DNA from: the human T2T-CHM13v2.0 reference genome, Homo sapiens
DNA: 64,000 nt
Assembly (NCBI RefSeq): GCF_009914755.1
Contig: NC_060928.1
Reading direction: 5' to 3' (one strand)
Part shown: in pieces, positions 1 to 13,795 of the stretch
Layout of the letters: each line of letters opens with the position of its first letter
How positions within the stretch are numbered: the first letter of the stretch is position 1
The notes under the pieces: generated by a model
Databases searched by the model: none
The model's input: the letters and a program-made list of their open reading frames with translations, nothing else
What the model was told of the DNA's origin: nothing
Position numbers and translations under genes: made by a program

Positions 1-955
1 TTCCCCTCTCCTGCCGCCTCCTTCACAGGCCCCATTTCAGGCATAATACAAAGGAACAGGGCTTCCTGCTTGAAGGTAGGATTTGGGGTTCACTCCCAGC
101 TTCAAGGCCTGCTGCTGTGTCCTGTTGTAATCAGCCAGTCAGTGATCACCTACCATGTGCCAAACCCTTCTAGGTGCTGATCCAGGGATCAACAGGACTG
201 ATGACGTTGCTCTCCTCAAGGAGCTGACACTGCAGCGTGAGGGGACAAATTCAGAGGACAAATTCCGATCAGTGTTCCCTCTTCCAGCACACATTCACTG
301 AGGTCCTATTGCATGCTCCAGACATGGAAGCACGGCAGGGAGTGAAGCAGGCAGAGGTCTCCATTCTTATGGGATGATAGTCTAGCGGGGGAGACAGAGA
401 AAACAAAAGTAAAACATAAACAAAGCTAATTAACCTGAACCCAGGTCATCAATCTGTTGAATTCAGCAAATTGTATTCCAGTGATTCAATATGGAAACAG
501 AGGCCTAGCTAAGTGGTGGCTCATTCTTGGAGACCCAGCTCAGATGTCACCTTATGAGGCCCTGCTGGATCCTTACCACTCCCCCAGACGCTTTTGCCTT
601 ACTTGGGACCCCTCAGTGCTGTGATCACACTTTGAAGTCCTTTCTAGCCTGTGAGTTGTGTGAGGACGCTGAGTTAGATGCAGAAAGGGGCTCAGAATGT
701 GATGATGAGTAAAGTCTGAATAAATGAAAGGATCAACCCCCACCCCACCCCACCCCCCAAAAAAGTAGAAAATAGGAGTCAAGCTTGGTAGCTAGAGATC
801 AGGAAGTGTCATTTTCATATCATGAAGGAAGAATAGTCAGGTCAATACTTTTTAACCCAACTCAGTGACTTCATCGTGACCAAATTTAGCAGAAATTTGA
901 TAAAGTTTACTGCATGGTTCCATTTAGATTTTTCCAATTCATGAGTGATAGTAGC

Positions 956-958
<3 letters not shown>

Positions 959-1006
<48 letters not shown>
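959..1006. repeat. (AC)24 microsatellite
   Basis: Perfect AC dinucleotide run read directly. Confidence 0.97.
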
Positions 1007-1008
<2 letters not shown>

Positions 1009-1349
1009 CTCACCTCTCCATAAGCCTGAATCCTTCAGAGCTCTGTCTGAGTTTCAGTTCCGGGCAACATCAGCGCTTCTAATTTGACTGGTATTAGTTT
1101 ATGTGACTTCAATTGGACATAATTCTGTTTAATGACATAATAGCTAATGATTGCTACACACAGGAGATAGTTAAATAGTCTTTTTCATTTGAAATGAGAA
1201 ACCCAGACATCTTTCTCGTGTAGAAGCATAATGAAAATTATTTAGCTTTATCAATAAATTTTTATCAGCACCTTTTGAATCAACTAGATTTCTTTGCTTT
1301 CTGCATAGATGGAAATTTAAGTGAACTGTATACTTTGAATGGTATTAAA

Positions 1350-1560
1350 AATAATAATACCAAATGTTTAGTGAGGATCTACTATGTGCCAGGCATTTTC
1401 TATGAACTTTGTACAGGTATAAATTCATTTTATCCTCTCAGGAAACCCATTTTCTATTGCTATTATTTCCATCTTACAAATGACAAAACTAAGAAGTTGA
1501 AGGTCTTGTCCAAATCAGGACAGGAACCAGGCAACCTAGCTTCATTGCCATGAGCTTAAG
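1350..1560. mobile_element. MIR SINE fragment
   Basis: 'tactatgtgccaggcattttc...catcttacaaatgacaaaactaagaag...aggtcttgtccaaatca' matches the MIR core; boundaries approximate. Confidence 0.7.
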
Positions 1561-1745
1561 TACTTACATAATACAACCTTTCGTTAAACATTTTAAATTT
1601 GTTTTGATGTTGACAAACCCAAGTGTACACAGCAGCACTGCTATGCAAAACAGCTTGTACAGTGTTTGAATTTACACTCTGGATTCAGTGCCACCATGAA
1701 CCTAGATGGTCATGACAGGAATGAAGTAATTTAATTATAAAACCA

Positions 1746-2691
<946 letters not shown>

Positions 2692-3037
2692 TTACCTAAT
2701 TCTTAATTCTTATCAACTAAATCAGCCCCACCAAGAAAGTTTTTTTTTCCTCACTGTATATATCCAATCCAATGGATGACACCTTATCCAGCTTATTGAG
2801 TCAACATTCCTGATATTCCCAATATGAAACTAAGATATTACAATAGTTTCACTGATCTCTGCTTCTAGTTTATCTCCTTTACTGCAGCAAGAAGAATCTT
2901 TGTTTCACCCCATCTTATATGTCACTCCCCTGCATTAAACCTTCAATGGCTTCCTATTGCCTGGATCAGTGGCTCTCAGATTTATACAGGAACTTAATGT
3001 GGTTATAGTTGCATAGGTGTGATTATACTAAAAATCA

Positions 3038-3700
<663 letters not shown>

Positions 3701-3801
3701 AATGTATAGAGGAATCAAGGCATCTGGAATTCATAGCATGCTATGTGTAGCACACTGAAATGTTGAAGTATAAGCAATTTTAATATCATAAGATAAGACT
3801 A

Positions 3802-4257
3802 GACCGAAGCAAGAACTGCAAAAGGCATTTCAATGCGCTTTCACACATTTGGAAGAAGATTATGTCTTCCCCCGTTTCCAAAGAGCTAAGACAGAAGTAC
3901 GACGTTTGATCCATGACCATCCGGAAGGATGATGTTCAGACTGTGCAAGGACATTGTAAAGGTCAGCAAATTGGCCACGTACTCAAGGTTTACAGGAAGA
4001 AAGATGTCATCTACACTGAATGGGTGCAGCAGCAAAAGGCTAATGGTACAACTGTCCGTGTAGGCATTCACCCCAGCAAAGTGGTTATCACTAGGCTAAA
4101 AGTGGACAAAGACCATAAAAAGATCCATGAACAGAAAGCCAAATCTTGCCAAGTAGGAAAGAAAAAGGGCAAATACAAGAAAGAAACAATTGAGAAGATA
4201 CAGGAATAAATGAATCTATATACAAGCTTTCATACAACTGCTAAAATGAAAAAAAAA
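3802..4257 (+). pseudogene. RPL26P: Processed pseudogene of 60S ribosomal protein L26 (uL24), 5'-truncated
   Basis: Translates as [12 protein letters not shown]...[26 protein letters not shown]...[17 protein letters not shown]...KETIEKIQE*, i.e. RPL26 lacking its first ~9 codons. It has a CGA>TGA stop at 3907-3909 and a one-codon deletion. There are no introns, and a 3'UTR remnant and A tail sit at 4249-4257. The exact pseudogene number is not assigned. Confidence 0.95.
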
Positions 4258-4549
4258 GTGTTGAGCTAAGCTTATCAACAATTTCTAATGTTTGGTTTTA
4301 AAATGAAATTGCCATTTGTTAAATTACTTTGTTGCTTACCACTATGTGCTAGCAAATAAGCATTAACAACACTGAAGACCTAAGAAAAATTTGAAAGAGG
4401 AACTTAAAGCACATTTAATCTAATACTTTGAAATATTTTTTGTCTTCAAATTAAGACTTCAGGAAAACACCTGGATTTGGAATAACACTAAGTTTTTCTG
4501 GGAGGAGTTTTCACAATGCTTGGCTTCCTAGAAAATGCCTGTATTTCCT

Positions 4550-5520
4550 GAGGTCAAAAAGACCCTTCTTTCAACCTAGTCCTAAATGACCTTTCCAGTT
4601 TCATCTCTTTCTACACTGCCTCACTTCTGCCACACTATGTGGCTCAGTATCCCCAAACCACTCTGTGGTTTTGGTCATGTCCCTTCCCTCTCCTGGGATA
4701 TTCTTCCAGAACTCTTTCCTGCACTTCACCCTTCAAAGCTCATCTAACTTCCTCTTTCCCTCCTGACTTCCCCAATCCAGAAAAGCATAATCAGAGCAGG
4801 AAATAGGTATATTCTACTAAATGTTTTATTTCCAGCATAACCAAAGAGACTGGCACATAGAAAATGCTTCACAAACGTCCCCTTCTCTGAATTCTCAGAG
4901 TCTTGACACACACACATATCTGTGCACTTACCTCACTGTGCTAGAAGCAATTTTCAGTGACACAACCCTCACATCTCCTTCCACAGTAGACTATGAGCTC
5001 TTAAAGGCAGGAATTATGTCTTTATCACATAGCAGATGCTCCATAAATATCTGGAAATCTAGATGAATTGAAAACATATTCACTAATCTCCAGATGTTCA
5101 AAATCTTCAGGAATATTGAGACATACAATTTACTTGAATACTATGTGGCAAAAATTGTAAATGAGTTATGTACACAGTATTGTAAGAATTCTGATGAAGG
5201 AGCTATAAAGCTTCCAGCTTGGAGGTGTTTGTCCTGGAATCTTCATATAGGCTGTGACATTTGAGCTATCCTTTGAGGAATAAGATTACCAGGAAAATAG
5301 CAAAAAGGGTTTTCTAAGTAAAAGAAATCCAGCACAAGACAGAAACTGAGAGGTTAGGGCCACCAGCATCCCAATGGGTCTGCTGTAGCTGAAGTTTAGG
5401 GTTCATGGCAGGGAGTGGCTGGCAGAAAGCTGGGAAAGTACGCTAGTCCTGGCAGCCCTCCTGGCCTGGACTTCACAACATGAGTAAGAGGGTGTCAGGA
5501 TCAGATGTGTGTTTTAATCA
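4550..5520. mobile_element. Degenerate L2 fragments
   Basis: 'agactatgagctcttaaaggcaggaattatgtcttt...atagcagatgctccataaatatctg' resembles the L2 3' end, with further L2-like sequence at 5200-5520. Confidence 0.55.
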
Positions 5521-6079
5521 GCTCTCTACACCCTCTTCTCCCCTGACTCCTCCCCAACATAGCATATTGACCATGTAAAAGAGTTGACCAGACGCAGGTA
5601 TGAGGGACATGATGAATCATCATAAGAATCAACTTGAGACTTACGATTGTGTTCTAACCAGTGAACAATCAGCCAACACTAGTGCTATGTAAATCACACA
5701 CTGAAGCAGAAGTCAAGAATGTGGTAGGACTAACAGAGCTGGTTTCTTGGGAAAGTTAGTATCATTCAATTAAAAGATTCCTGGCCTCTACGAAGCCCTC
5801 CCTGATTTTCCCAGCCCGAAAGGATCTCTCTCTCTCTGTTTCTCTCTCTCTGTTTCTTTCTCTTTTTCTCCCTTTCCCTCTCCCTCTCTCTCCTGAAACA
5901 AGTGCTCTCTCCAGAGCATGTATTTTGTACTTAGGACACTTTTGAAAATTTTTTCTTGCATTGCTGCTGTTTGTCCTCATTTCTGGTACCATCTTTCTTT
6001 TCTCTTTGCCTGATTTTACAAGCTTATTTTCTGATATAATGCAGCTTTAAAAGACATCATGGGAGCAAGATAGGGTACA

Positions 6080-6425
<346 letters not shown>

Positions 6426-7702
6426 TTAAATTTCAAGACAGGAGGGGTCATCTCCCACTCATCTTTATAAATCCCACAGCACTACACAAAACACATCTGT
6501 TGAATAAATTGATGTAGTAATAACAATATGACAAAGTAAAAGCATTCATTGGATTTTTTTAGAAAGTTGACATTTTTTCCATGAAATATCACTAGCTTAC
6601 TAGTAGTTTACAATTTTTACTAGTTTACCAGAGTATTTGCATAGATGTCTATTGTATTCTTTTAATTTTTTATCTCTTCAAACTATGTCCCATCTGTGGT
6701 TGCCATTTTTCTTGCTTTGATTTGACAAAGTTTCATCTCTTATATAGGTCTTTTGGGAAAAAAGCTCTTAGATTTATTTATTATGCTTATTTTTCTAGTA
6801 GAAGAGATGTATTTATTTCAGCAAAATTATAAAGTAAAAAATCAAAGAAACAATAATATTTGGCACTCGCTGAGACATAATTTTGTAAAGAAGAAAACAG
6901 TAATCAGCATAAGTATAATAAATTATAAAGATCTATTGATCTTTTAATGGGGGCAAATAACCAGAAGAAACACAAAAAGACTTAAAATACAGCATCATTG
7001 TCACATCTCATGAAAACATTCCCATAAAAAATTAACAATTTCCACTTGAACATGTATTTCAGCCCTCTTTGAACTTATTCTGAAATCTTGATGCTCTACT
7101 GACGTTTATAGACTAGCCATTTTCTCACTCCATGAACTCACAAGTTATCGGTCCCTTCAAAAGCAATTAAAAAGGAGCACTTCATGTTAGATATAGAGTA
7201 CTTAAAGGCTAATATTTAATCTTAATTGGCAACAAGTTTAGTGCAAATACAATTATATTTAGCGGCTTAGATAGTCCTGGTAAGGATGCATTCTCTTAAC
7301 CCTTACTGTTTCCCCAGAGTGAAATCATTTCTCTCTTTTTATGAGTACAAACGTTGGCCATTCAAACCTCTGAAAACTAGTAACGATAATTCTGTTTGTT
7401 ACACAGGGAGTTTCCATGAAAGATGGTTTCAGTCACTATGTAAATGAGCCACATGGTTTTTACATTTGGAAAGTTCCCTTCGGGTTGATACAAAAAAGCA
7501 GGGCCTGAATGACAGTCATTCCTCTTAGGAATGGAGTCCAAGTCATAACTGGATCTTACCCAGCTGCTTCTCTGATCAGTGAGAAGACCCAAAGGAGGCA
7601 TTAATCATTTTACCCATTAACCACCATGCATGGAATTCAAAAGAAGACTTGAGAACAGGGCTGAGGAATCTCTTAAATCGAACTGTGCTCTCCAGTAATA
7701 AT

Positions 7703-7708
7703 TTTATT
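7703..7708 (-). terminator. Candidate SOWAHB polyadenylation signal (AATAAA)
   Basis: TTTATT on + about 520 nt past the stop codon. Alternatives are AATAAA at 7786-7791 and ATTAAA at 6943-6948. Confidence 0.55.
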
Positions 7709-8229
7709 TCACTGATTTAAATGCCAAAAAAAGAAAAATAAAGCCATCTGATTTCAAACCTGGTGCTTCCCACTGTCAGCCAAGATTTATTCTTCAAATG
7801 AACAGAAGCCAGAGAGCTACTAGCCAGAGAGGATTTTAATTGTGCTTCATCAATTCCTCGAATTGCTTCTCTTTTTGTTAGACATCTGTTCCCTCTCTAG
7901 CCAAGGCCTGGGACTCCTGCTTCAGGAAACAATATGGCTTACTGTGCCCAGCTCCATGGTGGCAAGGGAAGAGGAAGAATGCCTCCTAGATATCAAGCAC
8001 CTGGCCCCGCCTCTTGTCTAGGTTTCTCCAGTCAAGGAGTTCAGCTTTCAAAAAGCTTGGATGACCCTCTTGAGGTCCAGGATGTAGTGACATAAGATCC
8101 AGGGAGGTCAACACCATCTCACTCGACCATCCTCTTTACCAACTCTCAGCAGCTTTTCTATTCCCCCTGAATTCTCTCACTGAGCAGGATGAGGGAGTGC
8201 TGCCTGCATGTTGGACAGAGAGACCCACC

Positions 8230-10611
8230 TCAGTCACTATACTCTTCTCTTTCCCTTGGACTGTGGAATTTCTCATACTGGTTGGCCAGTTTCCACTTGT
8301 TGTGCTGACTTTTGAGTAGTGCAGCGAAGGAAGTTTTTCGGGTGACACTTCTAGATATTTCCTTGCTCTTGGCCTTTCTGGTAGGGGAAGAACTTCCAAC
8401 TAAGGGATAGACAGGGAAAATGGGCTTGCCCCGAGGAGCTCCCAACAGCTGCCATATTTCCCCAGAGGTATTACTGGTTAGATACTGCCATGGCTTCTTC
8501 CCACTGCTGTCCCTGACATTTACCCGAGAAGCCAACCTTTGCACTAGCAATTTGATGACCCCCTGGTGGCCGTGAATGGCTGCAAGGTGCAGCGGGGTAT
8601 ATCCACAACTGGACCTCACGTTTACATCAAGGACAATCCCTGCCTTCTTTGCTCCAGACACCAAGTCCTGAAGGGCCCTGAGGTCACCATGTTTGGCTAT
8701 CCAGTGCAACGCAGTGTACCCAGTCAAAAAGTCTTTGTGCAAGGCCAGTTGAGGGTCCTCCCAGAACAAAGTCCACACCTGAATCCAGGAGCCACTGGCA
8801 AGCTTCACAATCCACTCATGCTCCCTGGCATCTAGTGGAACCAGGGATGATTTGTGCTCAGAAGTTCTGTGGGGGGCCAAGGCTGCAGACCCCTCCCCAC
8901 TGGGGACCCACAGGCTGTGTCGCCAACCCCGCTCGGCCACAACAGCCTTAACCTCTGCAAGTTTTAGTGATAAACCTGCATCAACCCTTGGGCTGGGTGC
9001 CGTTCCTGCCTTGGAGGGCTTCCTGGATCGAGGTGGGCGCCGACTTCTTTTCAGCAAGCCCTCATCGAGGTACTCCTCATCAGAGGAGGACAATTTGGCT
9101 CTCCCTGCCAGAGAGCTCCTCCTGAGGGACCTCCTTAACTTAGGAACTGGCCAAGGCAAAGGCTTCAGGGGGTGGCCTGCAAGGCCATTAGCCCCTGCAG
9201 GGACCTGCTGAGAGATGTGACCATCCCCTCTGTTTCTGAGACCCTGAGGGCTCCGGCTGGGGCTGCCCTCCTTCCGAGATACAGAAAGGCCCCCAGCTGG
9301 ATTCCTGAGCTTCCCCCTATCTGGGGTTCCCAAGACAACCTGCAGCCCCTCTTCAGAAGCCCCCGGGGAGTCTTTGGGCCCACTGCTGCTCTCCTCACTG
9401 CCATCACTCTCCTGGTCCACAAAGTCATCCAGATCTTGGAGGGACAGCTGACAACGAATGCTGCGAAAGACAGTCAATGAAGGGTTCCCCGCCCAGGATT
9501 CCCAGGACTCATCCGGAACAACAGGAAAGAGAGAGTGCGAGGAAAGACAGGGGTCTGGCGGCTCTGAATTAGGCTCCGTGGAGCCGGGTTCCAAGGGCAG
9601 CTGGAGGAAGTTGTCTGGCAGCACCGACCAGGCGCGGATAGGGCCCTGATCACGGGCCTCGGGCACCTGCGGGTGCCTGGCCACCCACTCTCGAGTGCGC
9701 TGCTGCTGCTGCTGCAGGGTCGAATAATGCAGGGAGCTGGGGGTCAGCAGCTCCGGCCGGTCTCCGCGGGGAGCGGGGCCGGGCAGGAGAGCAGGCGGGG
9801 AAGCCCTGCTTGTCGCAGCCTCGACGGTGGCGGGAGGCGAGTGAGCCACTGCAGGCACAGGCGCCGGCTCAGCTAGCGCGCCTTCTTCCCGCTCCCTGGA
9901 AGCCCCGCGGTCATCCTGGGCAGGCAGAGCCCGTGCCGGCTTCTCCTCCGCGGTGGCCGAGTGCGGGAGTGCGCCGAGCTCTCCCGGCAGTACAGCCAGG
10001 TTGTTCTGGAGGCATTCCCAGCAGCAGCGGCCCTGCGTCTTCGCCGCCGCGCAGCTCGCTCTCGCCTGGGCCCCTGCCGCTGCAGCTGCGGGCACCGGCG
10101 GCCTCTGTCCGGGACTGCCCTTCGATCCGCCGCCCTTCCCGGGCGCCCTACGGGAGTCGCTGCCCGGGAGTCCATTGCAAGCTGCGTCGGCGGCTCTGGC
10201 TGCTGCACCTGCTGGCTCCTCCTCCGGCTCCTTCTCGCGCCGCCGCCGCCTGGGCTGCTGCTGGGGCGGCTCCCCCCGGCGCGCGCCTCGCGGGGAGCAG
10301 GGCGCAGCTCCCCCTGCACTGGGGGCGGCCGCGGGCGGCTCGCGGGGTCGCTGCAGCCCCTCCTCCCCCAAAAGGTCCCTGTATCTCCTCTTGAGCACCA
10401 CGTACTTGGTGCCGTCGGGGTCCTGGCGCACTGCGGCGACCGAGTTGACGAAGCCCTTGAAGAGCTCGCGGCGGTGCTGGTGCTGGCTGGGGGACGCGTC
10501 GGGGTCTCGGAGAAAGCTCTTGAAGTGGCTCAGCAAGGCAGCGTTGGTCACGCGGCCCCCAGCCTGGCACAGAAAGTCCAGTAGTGCCTCCTGGCTCAGC
10601 TCTCGGGCCAT
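8230..10611 (-). CDS. SOWAHB: Sosondowah ankyrin repeat domain family member B (ANKRD56), 793 aa, single coding exon
   Basis: Uninterrupted 793-codon ORF with strong Kozak context (GCAGCG-ATG-G). It has the SOWAH-family N-terminus ([31 protein letters not shown]), a long low-complexity middle and C-terminal ankyrin repeats ([13 protein letters not shown]; [21 protein letters not shown]). Its neighbour is SEPTIN11, as expected at 4q21.1. Confidence 0.97.
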   Translation of the reverse strand: MARELSQEALLDFLCQAGGRVTNAALLSHFKSFLRDPDASPSQHQHRRELFKGFVNSVAAVRQDPDGTKYVVLKRRYRDLLGEEGLQRPREPPAAAPSAGGAAPCSPRGARRGEPPQQQPRRRRREKEPEEEPAGAAARAADAACNGLPGSDSRRAPGKGGGSKGSPGQRPPVPAAAAAGAQARASCAAAKTQGRCCWECLQNNLAVLPGELGALPHSATAEEKPARALPAQDDRGASREREEGALAEPAPVPAVAHSPPATVEAATSRASPPALLPGPAPRGDRPELLTPSSLHYSTLQQQQQRTREWVARHPQVPEARDQGPIRAWSVLPDNFLQLPLEPGSTEPNSEPPDPCLSSHSLFPVVPDESWESWAGNPSLTVFRSIRCQLSLQDLDDFVDQESDGSEESSSGPKDSPGASEEGLQVVLGTPDRGKLRNPAGGLSVSRKEGSPSRSPQGLRNRGDGHISQQVPAGANGLAGHPLKPLPWPVPKLRRSLRRSSLAGRAKLSSSDEEYLDEGLLKRSRRPPRSRKPSKAGTAPSPRVDAGLSLKLAEVKAVVAERGWRHSLWVPSGEGSAALAPHRTSEHKSSLVPLDAREHEWIVKLASGSWIQVWTLFWEDPQLALHKDFLTGYTALHWIAKHGDLRALQDLVSGAKKAGIVLDVNVRSSCGYTPLHLAAIHGHQGVIKLLVQRLASRVNVRDSSGKKPWQYLTSNTSGEIWQLLGAPRGKPIFPVYPLVGSSSPTRKAKSKEISRSVTRKTSFAALLKSQHNKWKLANQYEKFHSPREREEYSD

Positions 10612-11210
10612 CGCTGCCTTGTCCTCCGCCCCAGAGGTGTCTGAGTCTCGCCCTCCCGGGGCTCTCCCCAGCCAGAGGAAACCCTGGCCGGGCGAGTGTC
10701 ACCTGCGCCCGGGGCGGCACTAGCCGCCCCCATCAGCCGCGGAGGCCAGCGCTGCCCGCAGCCCGTGAGCGCGCCAGGAGGGCCGTGGGTCCCCTCCGGG
10801 TGGCCCCAAGGCTGAGTCCCCGCGGCAGTCTGCGTGAGAGAGGGCGGCTCCGAGGCCGCCCCTGCGCGACTCTAGCCTCTCGCAACGAGTCCTCACAGCG
10901 AAAGTTCCCGGGATAGGGCCGAGTCGGTTTCACCTGCGCCCTGGCGGCACCTCCTCCCTGCCTCTGGGGGAAGGGTCAGGCCCGCCTCCTCGTGTCCCTC
11001 CGCCCCCTGAGGTCTCCCCCACCCCCTGCCACCCATCCCAGAAGAGTCAGGCCGGAGAGCCAGCCGGTAGGTGAGGTTGGCGGCGAACCGAGCCGGCAGC
11101 GAACTGCTCTGCGGCCGGGGAAGTGGAAGGCAGGTAGGCGACCGGCCGTTCCTCTAAGTCTCCGCCACGCAGGAAACAAAAGCGATAGAAGGTCCGTTCC
11201 TGTCCTCCGG
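9600..11210. promoter_or_regulatory. CpG island covering the SOWAHB promoter and 5' CDS
   Basis: Very high GC and CpG density relative to the flanks; GC boxes; CACCTG boxes at 10700 and 10931. Confidence 0.9.
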
Positions 11211-13318
11211 TGCTTTGATGAGTTCAGGCTGAAGCCGATGGGGGAGGAGGAGAAGCTGCAAGTTAACAGGCAATCTGAGTTATCTTTCTTTATTAACGCT
11301 GTAGAGGAGTACTTCAGATTTCTCGAGGCTGTATTGAGGTCCGCAAAACTCACTTTGCATCCAAACTAAATTTTTCTTAATATAGAAATACTTTCTGGGC
11401 CGCTTCTCCGGCGCCCCCTCCAAGGGGTCCGAATACATCCAAGTCTATACTGAAAAGAGAAATCACTCTGAAAATTACTACTGGGCAATATTGGTTTGGG
11501 ACTTTTTCTTTCATACTTGTCTTTCCTTCATACTTGTCTCACATTAAGGTGCTGGAAAAAAAAAAATCACTTTGATAGCTTCTTGCCCCCGGCGGCTAAA
11601 ATGAACTAGGAATTATGTCTCGCCAGTTAAGGTATTTGATGTGTAGCATTAGTTTGCTTTTATTTACTCTAAAATTTGTGAACAGCAGAGATTTGTACAG
11701 TGTTTTGTATTGGCTTGGTGAAGTGCTTCCTTTCAGAATGTAAGGTTCAAAATGCAGACTAGAGCTGTCTTTAACAGCACCTTTTCCCCCTAACAGCTGG
11801 GATCCCTCTTCCTTTTTCTCTCTCCACATGTTGACCCTTCTGTCTTTGATGTGAGATCCTGGATGTCCCTCACTGTTCCTTATCAGTCCTGTTGACATGC
11901 CTGAGATAGTTTTCACTGTCATTATCTCTTTACCTGTTTTAGTTCCAAGCCTTCTCTCATTCTTTTCTTTAACTTGGCCTTCCCATTTCTTTCTGTTACA
12001 CGACATCCTTGTTTACCTTCGGCCTCTACTGACAGGAAATATGTCTGTTTCTCAGATCCTCTCATGTCCACTGTATTTCCCATTCAAAAACCTCGATTTT
12101 CTCCTTCCCTGTAATTTGCCTCTCTTTTCTCATGGACTCTTCTCATCTTTTCACTTTTCCTTTTGCTCTTCTATTTCTGATTACTCATAGTTCCTATACT
12201 TCTCGCCAAGAAAGAGTATTGAAAGTATGTGTGTTGGCCCTACAATTGTTGACAAAGACATGTTTTAGCATGGACCAATCTTAGTGACTGCCCTATAGAC
12301 CACATTAACTGAGCTTGATTTTAAATCCCCAAAAATACCCTAGCACTTTTCCAGGAATGAATCTTTGGTTTTACATTATCTAGGTCAGAAAAAAAGAACT
12401 GGAAACATTTTTGTCTATTTTTGGCATTTTCTAGGATCCAAACCCAATACTGGGTTGAGAGAGGGATAGTGGTTTTCACTGATGTCTCTACATAACATCA
12501 AGCCTTTAGGATAGTTTTTAAAATTAAGGTTTTGTATTAAATTTCAGCTTTCTTTTGAGTTTATTTGCTGGTATAGAGTCTTGTTGGGACTGAGTAAGGT
12601 GAGTCCATACCTAAGGCAGGAGGAACACCAAATGAAAGACTCAAGTGGGCATTTTAGAATGGCAAGTGGAAAGAATCCCTCTTTGCTACTTTTTAAAACA
12701 TCTGGTTACAAAATAAGGGGCTAACTGCAAAAGAGAGCCATAATATGGACTGAGGTTTCGACTCAAAGGAAATAAAAAGACTAGAGTGAAAGAAAGTGGA
12801 GGGCCAGGTGAGGGGAGATTATAAAGCATCTGTTTGTTGAAATCAGATCATTTTTAGTTGAGGGTGGAATTAATAGGATTGGAGCCAAAAAGAAGAAAAA
12901 AAAATCTGATTGCTTTAGATTTCTGGATTCCCAGGTACTTTGGTGTCCAGACCTTCTCCTCTCTCTCTCTCTTGTCCCAGGATAAAGAGGTGGTTAATTG
13001 GAAAGCTCTTTACATTATCTCAGGGAGAATTTTCCTGCCTCCCACATATACAGTTCATTATTTCCAAAAATATTTATGAAGCTCCTACATTACCCTGACA
13101 CTGTTGGAAATGGGTATAAAGAAGAAAGTGTACTTGAGAATTCACTATTTCTCTCTATTTAGTAAGGAGCAACAAGAGAAATGGCATGAACCTGAGTGCT
13201 AAGTGATTTAACAGAGACATGCACCACATACTGGTGAAGTTGAGGGGAGGTGCATAAAGGAAGAACTCAGGCTCAGCTTGGGGGATCAGGACAATTTTCC
13301 AGTAAGAGCTAACTTTGG

Positions 13319-13795
<477 letters not shown>

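Noticed and set aside
9673-11369. Many 100-256 aa overlapping ORFs around SOWAHB (e.g. 9953-10723 +, 10148-10720 -)
   Set aside because: These are shadow or antisense frames caused by stop-codon scarcity in a GC-rich CpG island. They are Ala/Arg/Pro/Gly-rich with no domain features, and many start at non-ATG codons.
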